Source: Minisyncoccia bacterium
Lineage (GTDB): Bacteria; Patescibacteriota; Minisyncoccia; Phycocordibacterales; UBA9973
Direction: 5' to 3'
NCBI GenBank assembly: GCA_044229265.1
Contig: JBGATK010000001.1
Coordinates: 1-33,775, forward strand
Length of the DNA stretch: 33,775 nt
In this document: positions 1 through 8,956 of the stretch, in pieces
How positions within the stretch are numbered: position 1 is the first letter of the stretch
Layout: each line of letters starts with the position of its first letter
Program-made: the position numbers and the translations under genes
Notes under the pieces: model-generated
Database searches by the model: none
What the model was told of the DNA's origin: nothing
The model's input: only the letters and a program-made list of their open reading frames with translations

Positions 1-111
1 ATAAATACCGCGCCTTTTGAGTGATATCTTATGTTATTTCTCCGAACTTCTCTATTTTCATGAGAACGTCGGAGGAGAAACACAGATCAGAGCTCAACTA
101 ACGCTTTTGTC

Positions 112-140
112 ATACTATCAGATCCCTAAAAAATAGTCAA
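112..140 (-). promoter_or_regulatory. sigma70-type promoter (TTGACT-17-TAGTAT, extended TG) driving transcription off the left edge
   Basis: Plus agtcaa at 135-140 and atacta at 112-117, 17-nt spacer, TGn before the -10. Confidence 0.6.
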
Positions 141-347
141 ATGCAAAAACCTCATGTCAACCTGCCACGTTGACACCCTATTTATCGTTTTTCTAAAAAA
201 TACAAACTCGACCCTAATAAAGTTGGAGGGGTGATAAAGAGAATTATGGTAGAAGCATTTCAAAACCATGATTTCTCTGAAAAACCATTTGTTCACAGAC
301 ATCATCATGGTCACGGAGGACATTAAACCCAAATCGGAAAAAAATCC

Positions 348-377
348 AAAATCCCCCACCTTTCGGCGGGGGATTTT
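348..377 (-). terminator. intrinsic terminator after rplE
   Basis: Minus strand AAAATCCCCCGCC-GAAA-GGTGGGGGATTTT, GC-rich stem with GNRA loop, 25 nt after the rplE stop. Confidence 0.85.
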
Positions 378-402
378 TTATTTGTGTATTATTTATATTT
401 TC

Positions 403-972
403 TTATTTCTTCTTTTTACTGTCCTCTTCTTTTTTGAAAGGCATACCTATTAGTTCAAAGAATTTTGTAGCTTCAGGTTTAGTCTTTGCAGTGGAAACTA
501 GTGTTATAGCTAGTCCGAATACGTCTTTGAGTTCTTCGTCTGCTGTTTCTGGGAAAATTGTGTGTTCTTTTATACCCATAGTTGCATTGCCGATATTATC
601 CACAATAGTTCTATTTATACCGCGAAAGTCTTTAGTACGAGGAAGTGCTACATTGAAAAGTTTTTCGAGAAATGAATACATGCGCTTGCCACGAAGAGTA
701 ATAGATACTCCAACAGGATCACCTTGACGAATTTTGAAAGTAGATACAGATTGTTTTGCGCCTTTTGTAGTTCCCTTTTGGCCAGTAATTTTTGCAAGAC
801 GCTCTAATATAAAATCATTCTTATTCTTATCTTTCTTTATCATTGTGCCTGTGCCCACATTTAAAACCACCTTCACGAGTTTTGGAGAAGCCATTACATT
901 TTTATAATGAAAATCACCTTTCATTATTTCAAATGCTTTATTTTCTTTTTCTTTTACAGTTAAAGTTTTCAT
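403..972 (-). CDS. rplE: 50S ribosomal protein L5
   Basis: PKLVKVVLNVG, ITGQK, FKIRQG, LPRTKDFRG, GIKEHTIFPE motifs; follows rplX. Confidence 0.98.
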   Translation of the reverse strand: MKTLTVKEKENKAFEIMKGDFHYKNVMASPKLVKVVLNVGTGTMIKKDKNKNDFILERLAKITGQKGTTKGAKQSVSTFKIRQGDPVGVSITLRGKRMYSFLEKLFNVALPRTKDFRGINRTIVDNIGNATMGIKEHTIFPETADEELKDVFGLAITLVSTAKTKPEATKFFELIGMPFKKEEDSKKKK

Positions 973-983
973 ATATTTAAAAT

Positions 984-1289
984 TTAAATTTCTTGATTGC
1001 TTTTCTTTGCAATACGGACTAATTTGTCGCCGACTTTTTTCTTGCCAATACGAGTTTGTTTTCCACTTTTTGGATCAACAAGCATTACATTTGAAGCATT
1101 GATAGGCATAGAGATATTTACAATACTACCCTTTTCACCACGGCGAGAAGCCTTGCGATGCTTCTTCATCATATTCATACCATCAATTATCACTTTATTT
1201 TCCTTTGACAAAACACGAGAAATAGCGCCTTTTTTGCCTTTTTCTTTGCCTGTGATTATTATTACATTGTCTCCTTTTTTTAATTTCAT
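984..1289 (-). CDS. rplX: 50S ribosomal protein L24
   Basis: KLKKGDNVIIITGKEKGKKG KOW motif, PINASNV; operon position. Confidence 0.98.
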   Translation of the reverse strand: MKLKKGDNVIIITGKEKGKKGAISRVLSKENKVIIDGMNMMKKHRKASRRGEKGSIVNISMPINASNVMLVDPKSGKQTRIGKKKVGDKLVRIAKKSNQEI

Positions 1290-1307
1290 AAATTTTCTTT
1301 TTTTAGT

Positions 1308-1679
1308 TTAAATAACTTCTTGGGCAAGAGAAATAATCTTTTGGAAACCTTTTTCTGCAAGTTCGCGAGGTATAGGCCCGAAAACACGTCCTGCTTTTGG
1401 ATCTTTCTTGCCTTTTTCTAATATAACTACTGCATTGTCATCAAAACGAATATATGAACCGTCTTTTCGGCGATGAGCGCGACGAGTTCTAACTACTACT
1501 GCTTGATGCACATCTTTCTTCTTTACGGCTTTACGAGGTTGAGCTGTTTTTACAGAAATTATAACCAACTCACCAATATCAGCATACCTTTTTGCGGCAC
1601 TGCCTAAAACCTTGAAGACTTTACCCACTGTGCCTCCAGCATTATCAGCTATTTTTACTAAACTTCCATCTTGTATCAT
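1308..1679 (-). CDS. rplN: 50S ribosomal protein L14
   Basis: MIQ..ADNAG, RKDGSYIRFDDNAVV, RVFGPIPREL. Confidence 0.99.
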   Translation of the reverse strand: MIQDGSLVKIADNAGGTVGKVFKVLGSAAKRYADIGELVIISVKTAQPRKAVKKKDVHQAVVVRTRRAHRRKDGSYIRFDDNAVVILEKGKKDPKAGRVFGPIPRELAEKGFQKIISLAQEVI

Positions 1680-1688
1680 ATATTTTTT

Positions 1689-1943
1689 TTAATTAGTGAC
1701 TTTAAATTTTTTATCTTTTGAAATTGGTCGTGTTTCGACTATTTCTACCTTATCCCCAATTTTGTGTTTATTTTCCTCATCATGAGCTTTGTATTTCTTG
1801 CTGATCTTGTAGAATTTGCCGTATTTTGGATGTTTTACGAAACGACTAACAGAAACAACAATAGTTTTATCCATCTTGTCTGAAATGACTACACCTGTTA
1901 ATGTATGTCCCTTCTTTATTTCATTGTCCTTTTTGTTTGTCAT
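1689..1943 (-). CDS. rpsQ: 30S ribosomal protein S17
   Basis: [29 protein letters not shown]. Confidence 0.98.
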   Translation of the reverse strand: MTNKKDNEIKKGHTLTGVVISDKMDKTIVVSVSRFVKHPKYGKFYKISKKYKAHDEENKHKIGDKVEIVETRPISKDKKFKVTN

Positions 1944-1970
1944 AAATTATTTTCTGTTTTTTATATAAAA

Positions 1971-2396
1971 TTACTTTTGCACTCTAGCTACTATTCTAGT
2001 CTTTACTGGTAGTTTACTGCCTGCCTTACGTAAAGCTTCACGAGCTACAGTTTCTTCGACTCCGTCTACTTCAAATAAAACTCGGCCTGGTAAAACTTCT
2101 ACGCAATATCCTTGTGGGTCACCCTTACCCTTACCCATGCCCACTTCAGCTGCTTTAGCTGTATATGGTCTATCTGGGAAAACACGTATCCAGTATTTAC
2201 CTGTTTTGGTAAGTGTACGAGAGATAACTTTACGAGCAGCTTCAATTTGATTTGAACGAATACGCTCTGATGTTTCTGCCTTCAAGCCGAATGCACCAAA
2301 AGAAAGCTTTGTGCCTCTGGTCTCTGGAGTAATACGGTTTGGATTCCTGCGCATACTGTGCCATTTTCTAAATTTTACTTTTTTCGGAATTAACAT
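1971..2396 (-). CDS. rplP: 50S ribosomal protein L16
   Basis: PKKVKFRKWH, QIEAAR, WIRVFPD, MGKGKG, KLPVKT. Confidence 0.98.
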   Translation of the reverse strand: MLIPKKVKFRKWHSMRRNPNRITPETRGTKLSFGAFGLKAETSERIRSNQIEAARKVISRTLTKTGKYWIRVFPDRPYTAKAAEVGMGKGKGDPQGYCVEVLPGRVLFEVDGVEETVAREALRKAGSKLPVKTRIVARVQK

Positions 2397-2408
2397 AATA
2401 TTAAAAAA

Positions 2409-3077
2409 TTATTTTGTGTTCTTTTGATTAAAAATTTTACCGCGATAAATCCATACTTTGATGCCGATAGTTCCGTATGCCATAGTCGCACGCTCACGCT
2501 TGAAATCAATATCAGCTCTGAAAGTTTGCAGTGGTATAGAACCTCTTTTTAATTCTTCTGATCGTGCAATTTCAGCTCCGCCTAAACGCCCACCTAGCAG
2601 TATGCGCACACCTTCTACTCCACGAGTAGCCATTACCTTTTCTACTGTTTGTTTTAAAACACGACGATAAGGCAAACGCTTTTCTAAGCCTTCAGCAACC
2701 ATATAAGCTACGATAGAAGCATCTGCTTCAGGATTTGTGATTTCTACTATTTCAAGTTTAAAATCTTCTGGTTTTTGTAAACCAAGCTTTTGCATTTTCT
2801 TTAAAATTTCTTCTTTGATCTTTGTAGCACCTTCACCAGAACGACCGATGATAAGGCCTGGGCGTGAAGTCTTAATTATAAAACGAGTTGTTTTTTGATT
2901 TCTTTCGATCTCAATAGATGACACATACATAGGGCGAAGCTTTTTAGTAAGCCATTCACGAATAAGAGTATCCCCTTTTAGATAAGAGACGTATTTTTTT
3001 GGATCAGCAAACCAGCGACTGCGCCAGTCCCTTAGTATTACTAACCTATGTGCGTATGGATTAACTGTTTTTGACAT
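2409..3077 (-). CDS. rpsC: 30S ribosomal protein S3
   Basis: RPGLIIGRSG KH motif, GRLGGAEIARSE, PLQTFRADID, YGTIGIKVWI. Confidence 0.99.
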   Translation of the reverse strand: MSKTVNPYAHRLVILRDWRSRWFADPKKYVSYLKGDTLIREWLTKKLRPMYVSSIEIERNQKTTRFIIKTSRPGLIIGRSGEGATKIKEEILKKMQKLGLQKPEDFKLEIVEITNPEADASIVAYMVAEGLEKRLPYRRVLKQTVEKVMATRGVEGVRILLGGRLGGAEIARSEELKRGSIPLQTFRADIDFKRERATMAYGTIGIKVWIYRGKIFNQKNTK

Positions 3078-3088
3078 AAATATATAAA

Positions 3089-3454
3089 TTATTTTGTTAT
3101 TTTCTTACTTGCTTTCTTAACTACCTTTTTTGCCTTTTCACCTAAAACCAACATTACATGCGAAGTTCGTTTATTTATCCGTGAAGCTCTACCCATGGCT
3201 CTTGGCATGAATCTCTTCATGATAAGACCTTTGTCTACTCGAAATTCTTTTATAAACAAATCTTCCATATTTGCACCACTTGCTTTTGCATTTGCTATTG
3301 CTGACTCAAGTAATTTTTTAAGCGGAGTGCTCGCGCGCTTCGCCAAAAAATCTAACTCCACTAGAGCATCTGGTACTTTTTTACCTTTCAAAAGGTCAGC
3401 CACAAGGCGAACTTTTCTAGGTGATTGTCTATAATTTTTTAAAAATGCTTTCAT
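3089..3454 (-). CDS. rplV: 50S ribosomal protein L22
   Basis: RQSPRKVRLVADL, KLLESAIANA, KRFMPRAMGRA..INKRTSH. Confidence 0.98.
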   Translation of the reverse strand: MKAFLKNYRQSPRKVRLVADLLKGKKVPDALVELDFLAKRASTPLKKLLESAIANAKASGANMEDLFIKEFRVDKGLIMKRFMPRAMGRASRINKRTSHVMLVLGEKAKKVVKKASKKITK

Positions 3455-3485
3455 TGTTTTGTTTTATTATTTAAATACCTTTGGT

Positions 3486-3833
3486 TTACTTTTTCTTTGC
3501 GTCACCTGCTGTAGCAGTAGCTGCTTTAGCAGCTGTTATTTCAGCTTCTTTTTTCTTTTGTTCTAATTCTTTTTGCATTTTACCTCCATGCTTGTTGAAC
3601 TTACGTGTTGGTGAAAATTCACCTAAACGATGTCCTACCATGTCTTCGGTAACCAAAACTTCGACATGTTGTTTACCATTGTAAACACCAAAAGTAAAAC
3701 CTACAAATTCTGGCGCAATAACACAAGCCCTGTTCCAGACTTTTATCATAGGTGTTTGAAGCGGGATTTTACCCACCACCTTTTTTGCAATTCTTTCGTC
3801 TACGAATATTCCTTTCTTTATTGATCTTGTCAT
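3486..3833 (-). CDS. rpsS: 30S ribosomal protein S19 with C-terminal extension
   Basis: MTRSIKKG, VYNGKQH, MVGHRLGEFSPTR. Confidence 0.98.
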   Translation of the reverse strand: MTRSIKKGIFVDERIAKKVVGKIPLQTPMIKVWNRACVIAPEFVGFTFGVYNGKQHVEVLVTEDMVGHRLGEFSPTRKFNKHGGKMQKELEQKKKEAEITAAKAATATAGDAKKK

Positions 3834-3872
3834 GTGTTTATATTAAAAAAAGCCCTAAGCGAGCTATAACCC

Positions 3873-3900
3873 ATAATAGCAAATTTAAATATTATGTCAA
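3873..3900 (-). promoter_or_regulatory. internal promoter for the rpsS-rplE block (TTGACA-16-TATTAT, extended TG)
   Basis: Plus tgtcaa at 3895-3900 and ataata at 3873-3878; minus reads TGCTATTAT. Confidence 0.65.
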
Positions 3901-3961
3901 CACGATTTTATACGAACCTTGTTTTATAAAGCTCAAATCAAATTTCGTCAAATTTAGAAAT

Positions 3962-3994
3962 AAAAAAAGCCGAAAAAATTCTTAATTCGGCTTT
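3962..3994 (-). terminator. intrinsic terminator after the SixA-like gene
   Basis: AAAGCCGAA...TTCGGCTTT stem followed by a U-tract on the minus strand. Confidence 0.7.
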
Positions 3995-4017
3995 CAAGTT
4001 ATTAACTAATCTTTATT

Positions 4018-4422
4018 TTATATCTTCTGTGAACCTATAAAAATATCACACTGGTCAACACCTACATAAGACTGATATTTCTTTTCTAAGTAATACGCAA
4101 TATCTGGCTCATGGGATATCATTATTACAAAAGAATCTTGGTTCGGTAAGTTGTCTTGAATTTTCTCGTAATCGCAATTCAGAAATCCTTTTTCTTTTAT
4201 AAGACTCTTAACAAGTAAATTCTCCTGCAAGTATGATGCTGTTTCTTTGGCTCTGTTTTGCGGAGAATGCCAAATTTCTATTTCAGAAATATTGTTTTCT
4301 TCCAAAAAAGTAGAGAGCTTTCCAGCAGATAATTCAATTTGCCTTTGACCATTAGGAGTAACGATATTACTGCTATGATCTGCGTGACGCATTACAGCGT
4401 AATTAATTCCTGTATTTTCCAT
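4018..4422 (-). CDS. histidine phosphatase superfamily protein, SixA-like
   Basis: MRHA (RHG-type motif), HSPQNRAKETA, ISHEPDI; small size typical of SixA. Confidence 0.85.
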   Translation of the reverse strand: MENTGINYAVMRHADHSSNIVTPNGQRQIELSAGKLSTFLEENNISEIEIWHSPQNRAKETASYLQENLLVKSLIKEKGFLNCDYEKIQDNLPNQDSFVIMISHEPDIAYYLEKKYQSYVGVDQCDIFIGSQKI

Positions 4423-4457
4423 TATTTAATTTTTGGTGAAGAATATATTTAAACAAC

Positions 4458-4485
4458 ATCTTACAAAAAAACAAGAAATTGTCAA
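4458..4485 (-). promoter_or_regulatory. promoter of the SixA-like gene (TTGACA-16-TAAGAT)
   Basis: Plus tgtcaa at 4480-4485 and atctta at 4458-4463. Confidence 0.55.
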
Positions 4486-4536
4486 GCCAGAGGGTGCTTA
4501 AGAATTTCAAGGCAATCCAAACAAAACTCACTAACT

Positions 4537-4557
4537 GCACCAGGCAAGACCTAGTGC
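4537..4557 (-). repeat. REP-like hairpin, copy 1 (GCACTAGGTCTTGCCTGGTGC)
   Basis: Shares 16 of 17 nt (ACTAGGTCTTGCCTrGT) with 32942-32958; both fold as ACTAGG-TCTTG-CCTRGT. Confidence 0.5.
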
Positions 4558-4574
4558 TGAAATTAAATTTAATA

Positions 4575-4603
4575 CAAAAAATCCCCTTTGTGGGGATTTT
4601 TTG
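4575..4603 (-). terminator. intrinsic terminator after rplB
   Basis: Perfect 12-bp inverted repeat caaaaaatcccc-tttgt-ggggattttttg, 12 nt after the rplB stop. Confidence 0.85.
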
Positions 4604-4615
4604 AGAGTTTTTAAA

Positions 4616-5464
4616 TTATCCTTGCTTTCGATTTTTACCTGTTTTTCTGCGAGATACGATGAATACATTTGAGTATTTCTTTGGAGTTCTTGTCTTTCTT
4701 CCACCAGTAACTTTACCCCACATAGTCTTTGGTCTCTTTATACCACGGCCTTGTCTACCTTCACCACCACCATATGGGTGATCCACAGGATTCATGGCAG
4801 TACCACGCACTGTAGGACGAATACCTTTCCAACGAGAGCGTCCTGCTTTACCATAATTTTCTAAATGGTGCTCTTCATTTGAAACTGTTCCGATACAAGC
4901 AAAAGCTAATTCTGAAACTTTACGAATTTCACTAGATGGCATTTTTATATTTGTATAACCATCGGCATTTGCTACTACTTGAGCAAAGATACCGGCTGAT
5001 CTTGCGATTTTGGAACCACCACCTGCTTTTAATTCTATGTTATAAACAAAAGTACCTACAGGAATATTTTTTAGCATCATTCTATTGCCAGTAGTAAGCT
5101 CTCCTTTATCTGATACCAAGAAAGTATCACCTGGTTTCATAGTTTTTGGTACTACGACATAACGCTTCTCGCCATCTCTGTAAACCGCAAGGCCAATAAA
5201 AGCACTACGATTTGGGTCATATTCTACGGATGTTAGTTTTGCTGGAATATTTTTCTTGTTATATAAAAAGTCGACATCACGATAAAGGCGCTTGTGCCCA
5301 CCTCCTTTGTGTCTAGTGGTTATGCGTCCAGCACTATTGCGACCAACAGCACGCTTGAAACCAAAAGTAAGCGATTTTTCAGGTTTTGATTTTGTAAGCA
5401 CGCCCTTATAAGTGACGTGAGTCATTTGTCTGCGGGATTTAGTTGTAGGTTTATATGTTTTCAT
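4616..5464 (-). CDS. rplB: 50S ribosomal protein L2
   Basis: GRNSAGRITTRHKGGGHKR, EYDPNRSA, RPTVRGTAMNPVDHPYGGGEG. Confidence 0.99.
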   Translation of the reverse strand: MKTYKPTTKSRRQMTHVTYKGVLTKSKPEKSLTFGFKRAVGRNSAGRITTRHKGGGHKRLYRDVDFLYNKKNIPAKLTSVEYDPNRSAFIGLAVYRDGEKRYVVVPKTMKPGDTFLVSDKGELTTGNRMMLKNIPVGTFVYNIELKAGGGSKIARSAGIFAQVVANADGYTNIKMPSSEIRKVSELAFACIGTVSNEEHHLENYGKAGRSRWKGIRPTVRGTAMNPVDHPYGGGEGRQGRGIKRPKTMWGKVTGGRKTRTPKKYSNVFIVSRRKTGKNRKQG

Positions 5465-5471
5465 AAAATTA

Positions 5472-5750
5472 TTATGCCAAATCTATTTTGTCTCCTTTTT
5501 TAAGATACACGAGGGCTTTTTTACCACCTCGAACGACTATTTTATGGCCACGAACTGTCTTTGTTTTATCTTTAACTGACAGAATGTTTATTTTTAAAGG
5601 TTTTACTTTAAATTTTGCAAAAATTTCTTTTGCAATTTCACTCTTATTTGCTCCTACTTTTAAGTCAAAAGTGTATACACCTTTTTCAACAGCAAAAGAA
5701 GCTTTTTCGGTAATTCTTGGATTTTTAATTGTTTTTAAGTCTGTTTTCAT
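5472..5750 (-). CDS. rplW: 50S ribosomal protein L23
   Basis: PRITEKA, YTF, ANKSEI, KKALVYLKKG; between rplD and rplB. Confidence 0.96.
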   Translation of the reverse strand: MKTDLKTIKNPRITEKASFAVEKGVYTFDLKVGANKSEIAKEIFAKFKVKPLKINILSVKDKTKTVRGHKIVVRGGKKALVYLKKGDKIDLA

Positions 5751-5762
5751 ATTTTTTTTATA

Positions 5763-6425
5763 TTATTTTCGGCTAGCAAAAAAATTAACAGATTCTGTAG
5801 GATTTTCGATAAGTAAATATTGATGATTCAAAATATCGAGTGGATTTAAATTTTTTACAAAAACCATGGATAACTGAGGAAGATTTCGGAAACTTTTTTC
5901 TGAATTTTCATTACGAGCGAAAAGAGCAACTAAAGTTTTTGGTTTTTTAGAAGTTGCAAAAGTTTTAACACTTGTGCCTTTTGAAATTGCTTTCATTATA
6001 GATTCTGCTTCTTTAGTATTTTTCTTTCCTGTGTCTAGAGAATCTACAAAAAATATCTCGCCTGCTTTCATTTTCTTAGAAAGTACTGAAAAAAGAGCTT
6101 CTGCACGCATTTTCTTAGAAATTTTACGTTTGTAATTCTTCGCTGAAAGTGGACCATGAGTAACACCACCACCCACCCAAATAGGGCTACGTGATGAACC
6201 ATGACGAGCACGACCTGTGCCTTTTTGTTTCCATGGTTTCTTACCTCCACCAGAAACTTCGCCACGATCTTTTGTATCAGCTGTGCCAGAACGCTTGTTG
6301 CTACGCATGCCTTCTACTACTTGGTGAACCAAGTCCGCTCGCCATTTTGCACCGAATACAGCTTCAGGTAATTCTACCTTGCCTGCCACTATGCCTTTTT
6401 GATTGTATATATTTGCTTCGATCAT
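5763..6425 (-). CDS. rplD: 50S ribosomal protein L4
   Basis: TKDRGEVSGGGKKPWKQKGTGRARHGSSRSPIWVGGG. Confidence 0.99.
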   Translation of the reverse strand: MIEANIYNQKGIVAGKVELPEAVFGAKWRADLVHQVVEGMRSNKRSGTADTKDRGEVSGGGKKPWKQKGTGRARHGSSRSPIWVGGGVTHGPLSAKNYKRKISKKMRAEALFSVLSKKMKAGEIFFVDSLDTGKKNTKEAESIMKAISKGTSVKTFATSKKPKTLVALFARNENSEKSFRNLPQLSMVFVKNLNPLDILNHQYLLIENPTESVNFFASRK

Positions 6426-6438
6426 AAATTTTAAGTAA

Positions 6439-7044
6439 TTACTGTGCGATAATTTCTACTAAAGTACCCTTGCGTCCTGCAATAGCACCTTTTATAAGCA
6501 TAACGTTATTTTCTTTGTCTACAAAAACAACTTTTAAATTCTTTTGAGTTATTCTATCAGAACCCATGCGTCCTGCCATGCGCATACCTTTTGGCACGCG
6601 AGTACGAAGACCGCCACCGATAGAACCCGGCTCACGCTCAGAGTGCTTTTGACCGTGAGTGCGAGGACCGCCACCGAAACCATGACGCTTAACTACACCT
6701 TGAAAACCCTTACCTTTTGATATTGAAGAGACTCTAACTTTTTCATCAACTGAAAAAGTATTTTCCACTTGATCTCCAGCTTTAAGTTCAGTATTTGTTT
6801 CGATTCTAAATTCCTTTAATCCTTTAAAAGTATCGCCTTTCATTACTCCTAAAACGGGCTTTGAAATTCTTTGCTTTTTCTGTTCACCGTAGCCTACTTT
6901 TACAGCTTTGTATCCATGTTTTTCATTACTTAAAACATCTATAACTTTCATAGGGTAAGTAGAAATAACTGTGACTGGAATTACTTTACCATCTTCACCG
7001 AAGAATTCTGACATATTTTCTTTTTTTCCAAGAATAAATTTCAT
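6439..7044 (-). CDS. rplC: 50S ribosomal protein L3
   Basis: ILGKK, IPVTVI, SKGKGFQGVVKRHGF, KGMRMAGRMG. Confidence 0.99.
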   Translation of the reverse strand: MKFILGKKENMSEFFGEDGKVIPVTVISTYPMKVIDVLSNEKHGYKAVKVGYGEQKKQRISKPVLGVMKGDTFKGLKEFRIETNTELKAGDQVENTFSVDEKVRVSSISKGKGFQGVVKRHGFGGGPRTHGQKHSEREPGSIGGGLRTRVPKGMRMAGRMGSDRITQKNLKVVFVDKENNVMLIKGAIAGRKGTLVEIIAQ

Positions 7045-7053
7045 ATATTTTTA

Positions 7054-7431
7054 TTACATCATTTTTACATCAATATCCACACCAGAAGGAAGGGACATAT
7101 TTGTAAGCGCTTCAACCGTTTTCGCATTTGGATTTAAAATATCAATTAATCTTTTGTGCACTCTTATCTCAAACTGTTCTCGTGAATTCTTATAGATAAA
7201 AGATGCACGATTAACTGTATACTTTTTTATTTCTGTAGGTAGAGGAATAGGTCCAACTACTTTTGCGTCATAGCGAGCAGCTGTATCGATGATCTGTTTT
7301 ACAGAAGCATCTAATATTTTGCTCTCGTAAGCTCGCACTCTGATACGCAAAACAACACTGCCTTCCTCTTTTTTCTTTGCTTTTGCTTTTACCACTTTCG
7401 GTTTTTTAATTGTTGTTTCTTTTGTTGTCAT
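7054..7431 (-). CDS. rpsJ: 30S ribosomal protein S10 with Lys-rich N-terminal extension
   Basis: LRIRVRAY, GPIPLPT, SREQFEIRVHKRLIDI, LPSGVDI. Confidence 0.98.
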   Translation of the reverse strand: MTTKETTIKKPKVVKAKAKKKEEGSVVLRIRVRAYESKILDASVKQIIDTAARYDAKVVGPIPLPTEIKKYTVNRASFIYKNSREQFEIRVHKRLIDILNPNAKTVEALTNMSLPSGVDIDVKMM

Positions 7432-7493
7432 AGATTATTTTTCCCTTTTGTTTTGGCTTATAAAGTCAAAACTTGGAATCTAGAAGCTAATTT

Positions 7494-8687
7494 TTAAGCA
7501 AGAATTTTTGTAACAACTCCTGCGCCCACTGTTTTACCTCCTTCACGGATAGCAAATTTTTGTTGTTCTTCTAGAGCTACTGGTGAAACCAATTTCACTG
7601 TAAATGTAGCAGTATCACCTGGCATAACCATTTCTTTACCCTCAGCTAGAGTAACATCGCCTGTTACGTCTGTAGTACGGATGTAGAATTGAGGTTTATA
7701 TCCAGTGAAAAATGGAGTGTGGCGACCACCTTCTTCTTTTTTCAAAATATAAACTTCACAAGTAAAGTGATCGTGTGGAGTAACAGTACCTGGTTTTGCA
7801 AGCACTTGACCACGAGTAATGTCTTCTTTTTTAAGACCACGTAGAAGTACACCAGCATTGTCGCCAGCCATACCTTCTTGTAGGTTTTTGTTAAACATTT
7901 CAATACCTGTAACAGTAGTTTTTTGTGTAGCTTTAATACCGATTATTTCGATTTCTTCACCTACTTTTACGATACCACGTTCGATTTTACCTGTAACCAC
8001 AGTTCCACGGCCTTCGATAGAGAAAATGTCTTCAACAGGCATAAGGAATGGCTTTGTAATATCACGTTCTGGAACTGGGATATAAGTATCAAGTGCGTTT
8101 GCAAGTTCTAGAACTTTTTGAGCCCAAGGATCATTGATATCTGTAGCTTCTAGGGCTTTTAGGCCAGAACCACGGATAACTGGAGCATTTGCACCATCAA
8201 AACCTTGTTTTGTAAGGAGTTCACGGATTTCTTCTTCTACCATATCGAGCATATCCTTATCATCAACCATATCGCATTTGTTTAGGAAAACGATAATTTT
8301 TGGAACACCAACTTGTTTTGCAAGAAGAACGTGTTCACGAGTTTGTGGCATTGCACCGTCTGTAGCAGCAACCACCAAAATAGCACCGTCCATTTGAGCG
8401 GCACCCGTGATCATGTTTTTAATGTAGTCAGCGTGACCTGGAGCATCGATGTGAGCATAGTGACGAGTGTCTGTAGAATACTCATTGTGAGAGATGTTGA
8501 TAGTAATACCACGAGCTTTTTCTTCTGGAGCATTGTCGATATCGCCAACGCCTTTCATTTTAACTTGCTTACCTGCAAGGTTTAAAACGTTCAAAATAGC
8601 CGCAGTTAAAGTGGTCTTACCGTGGTCAACGTGACCGATAGTACCTACGTTTACGTGTGGCTTATCTCTTTTAAATTCTTCTGCCAT
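7494..8687 (-). CDS. tuf: elongation factor Tu
   Basis: [51 protein letters not shown]. Confidence 0.99.
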   Translation of the reverse strand: MAEEFKRDKPHVNVGTIGHVDHGKTTLTAAILNVLNLAGKQVKMKGVGDIDNAPEEKARGITINISHNEYSTDTRHYAHIDAPGHADYIKNMITGAAQMDGAILVVAATDGAMPQTREHVLLAKQVGVPKIIVFLNKCDMVDDKDMLDMVEEEIRELLTKQGFDGANAPVIRGSGLKALEATDINDPWAQKVLELANALDTYIPVPERDITKPFLMPVEDIFSIEGRGTVVTGKIERGIVKVGEEIEIIGIKATQKTTVTGIEMFNKNLQEGMAGDNAGVLLRGLKKEDITRGQVLAKPGTVTPHDHFTCEVYILKKEEGGRHTPFFTGYKPQFYIRTTDVTGDVTLAEGKEMVMPGDTATFTVKLVSPVALEEQQKFAIREGGKTVGAGVVTKILA

Positions 8688-8854
8688 ATAATTTTCCCGC
8701 TAAAAGCGGATAATAATATTTAAAATTTGATATACGAGAATGCTACCAAATCCTAAATACTAAAATAGTGTTAATTTATTAATAATTTTCGACATTTTCT
8801 AGTGATTTTGTAAAAAAAGCAATAGAAAAACTGCAGAAAAGTGCAGTTGCTCTT

Positions 8855-8883
8855 ATACTAGCAGATACTAAAAGACCTGTCAA
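8855..8883 (-). promoter_or_regulatory. promoter for the tuf-S10 block (TTGACA-17-TAGTAT, extended TG)
   Basis: Plus tgtcaa at 8878-8883 and atacta at 8855-8860. Confidence 0.7.
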
Positions 8884-8903
8884 ATATAAATTTTGGGGAA
8901 AAT

Positions 8904-8936
8904 AAAAAAACCTGTCAAATAGATATTGACAGGTTT
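8904..8936 (-). terminator. intrinsic terminator after the 532-aa membrane protein gene
   Basis: aaacctgtcaa-atagata-ttgacaggttt with a U-tract on the minus strand. Confidence 0.8.
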
Positions 8937-8956
8937 AACAATTAAAACAAAAAAAA

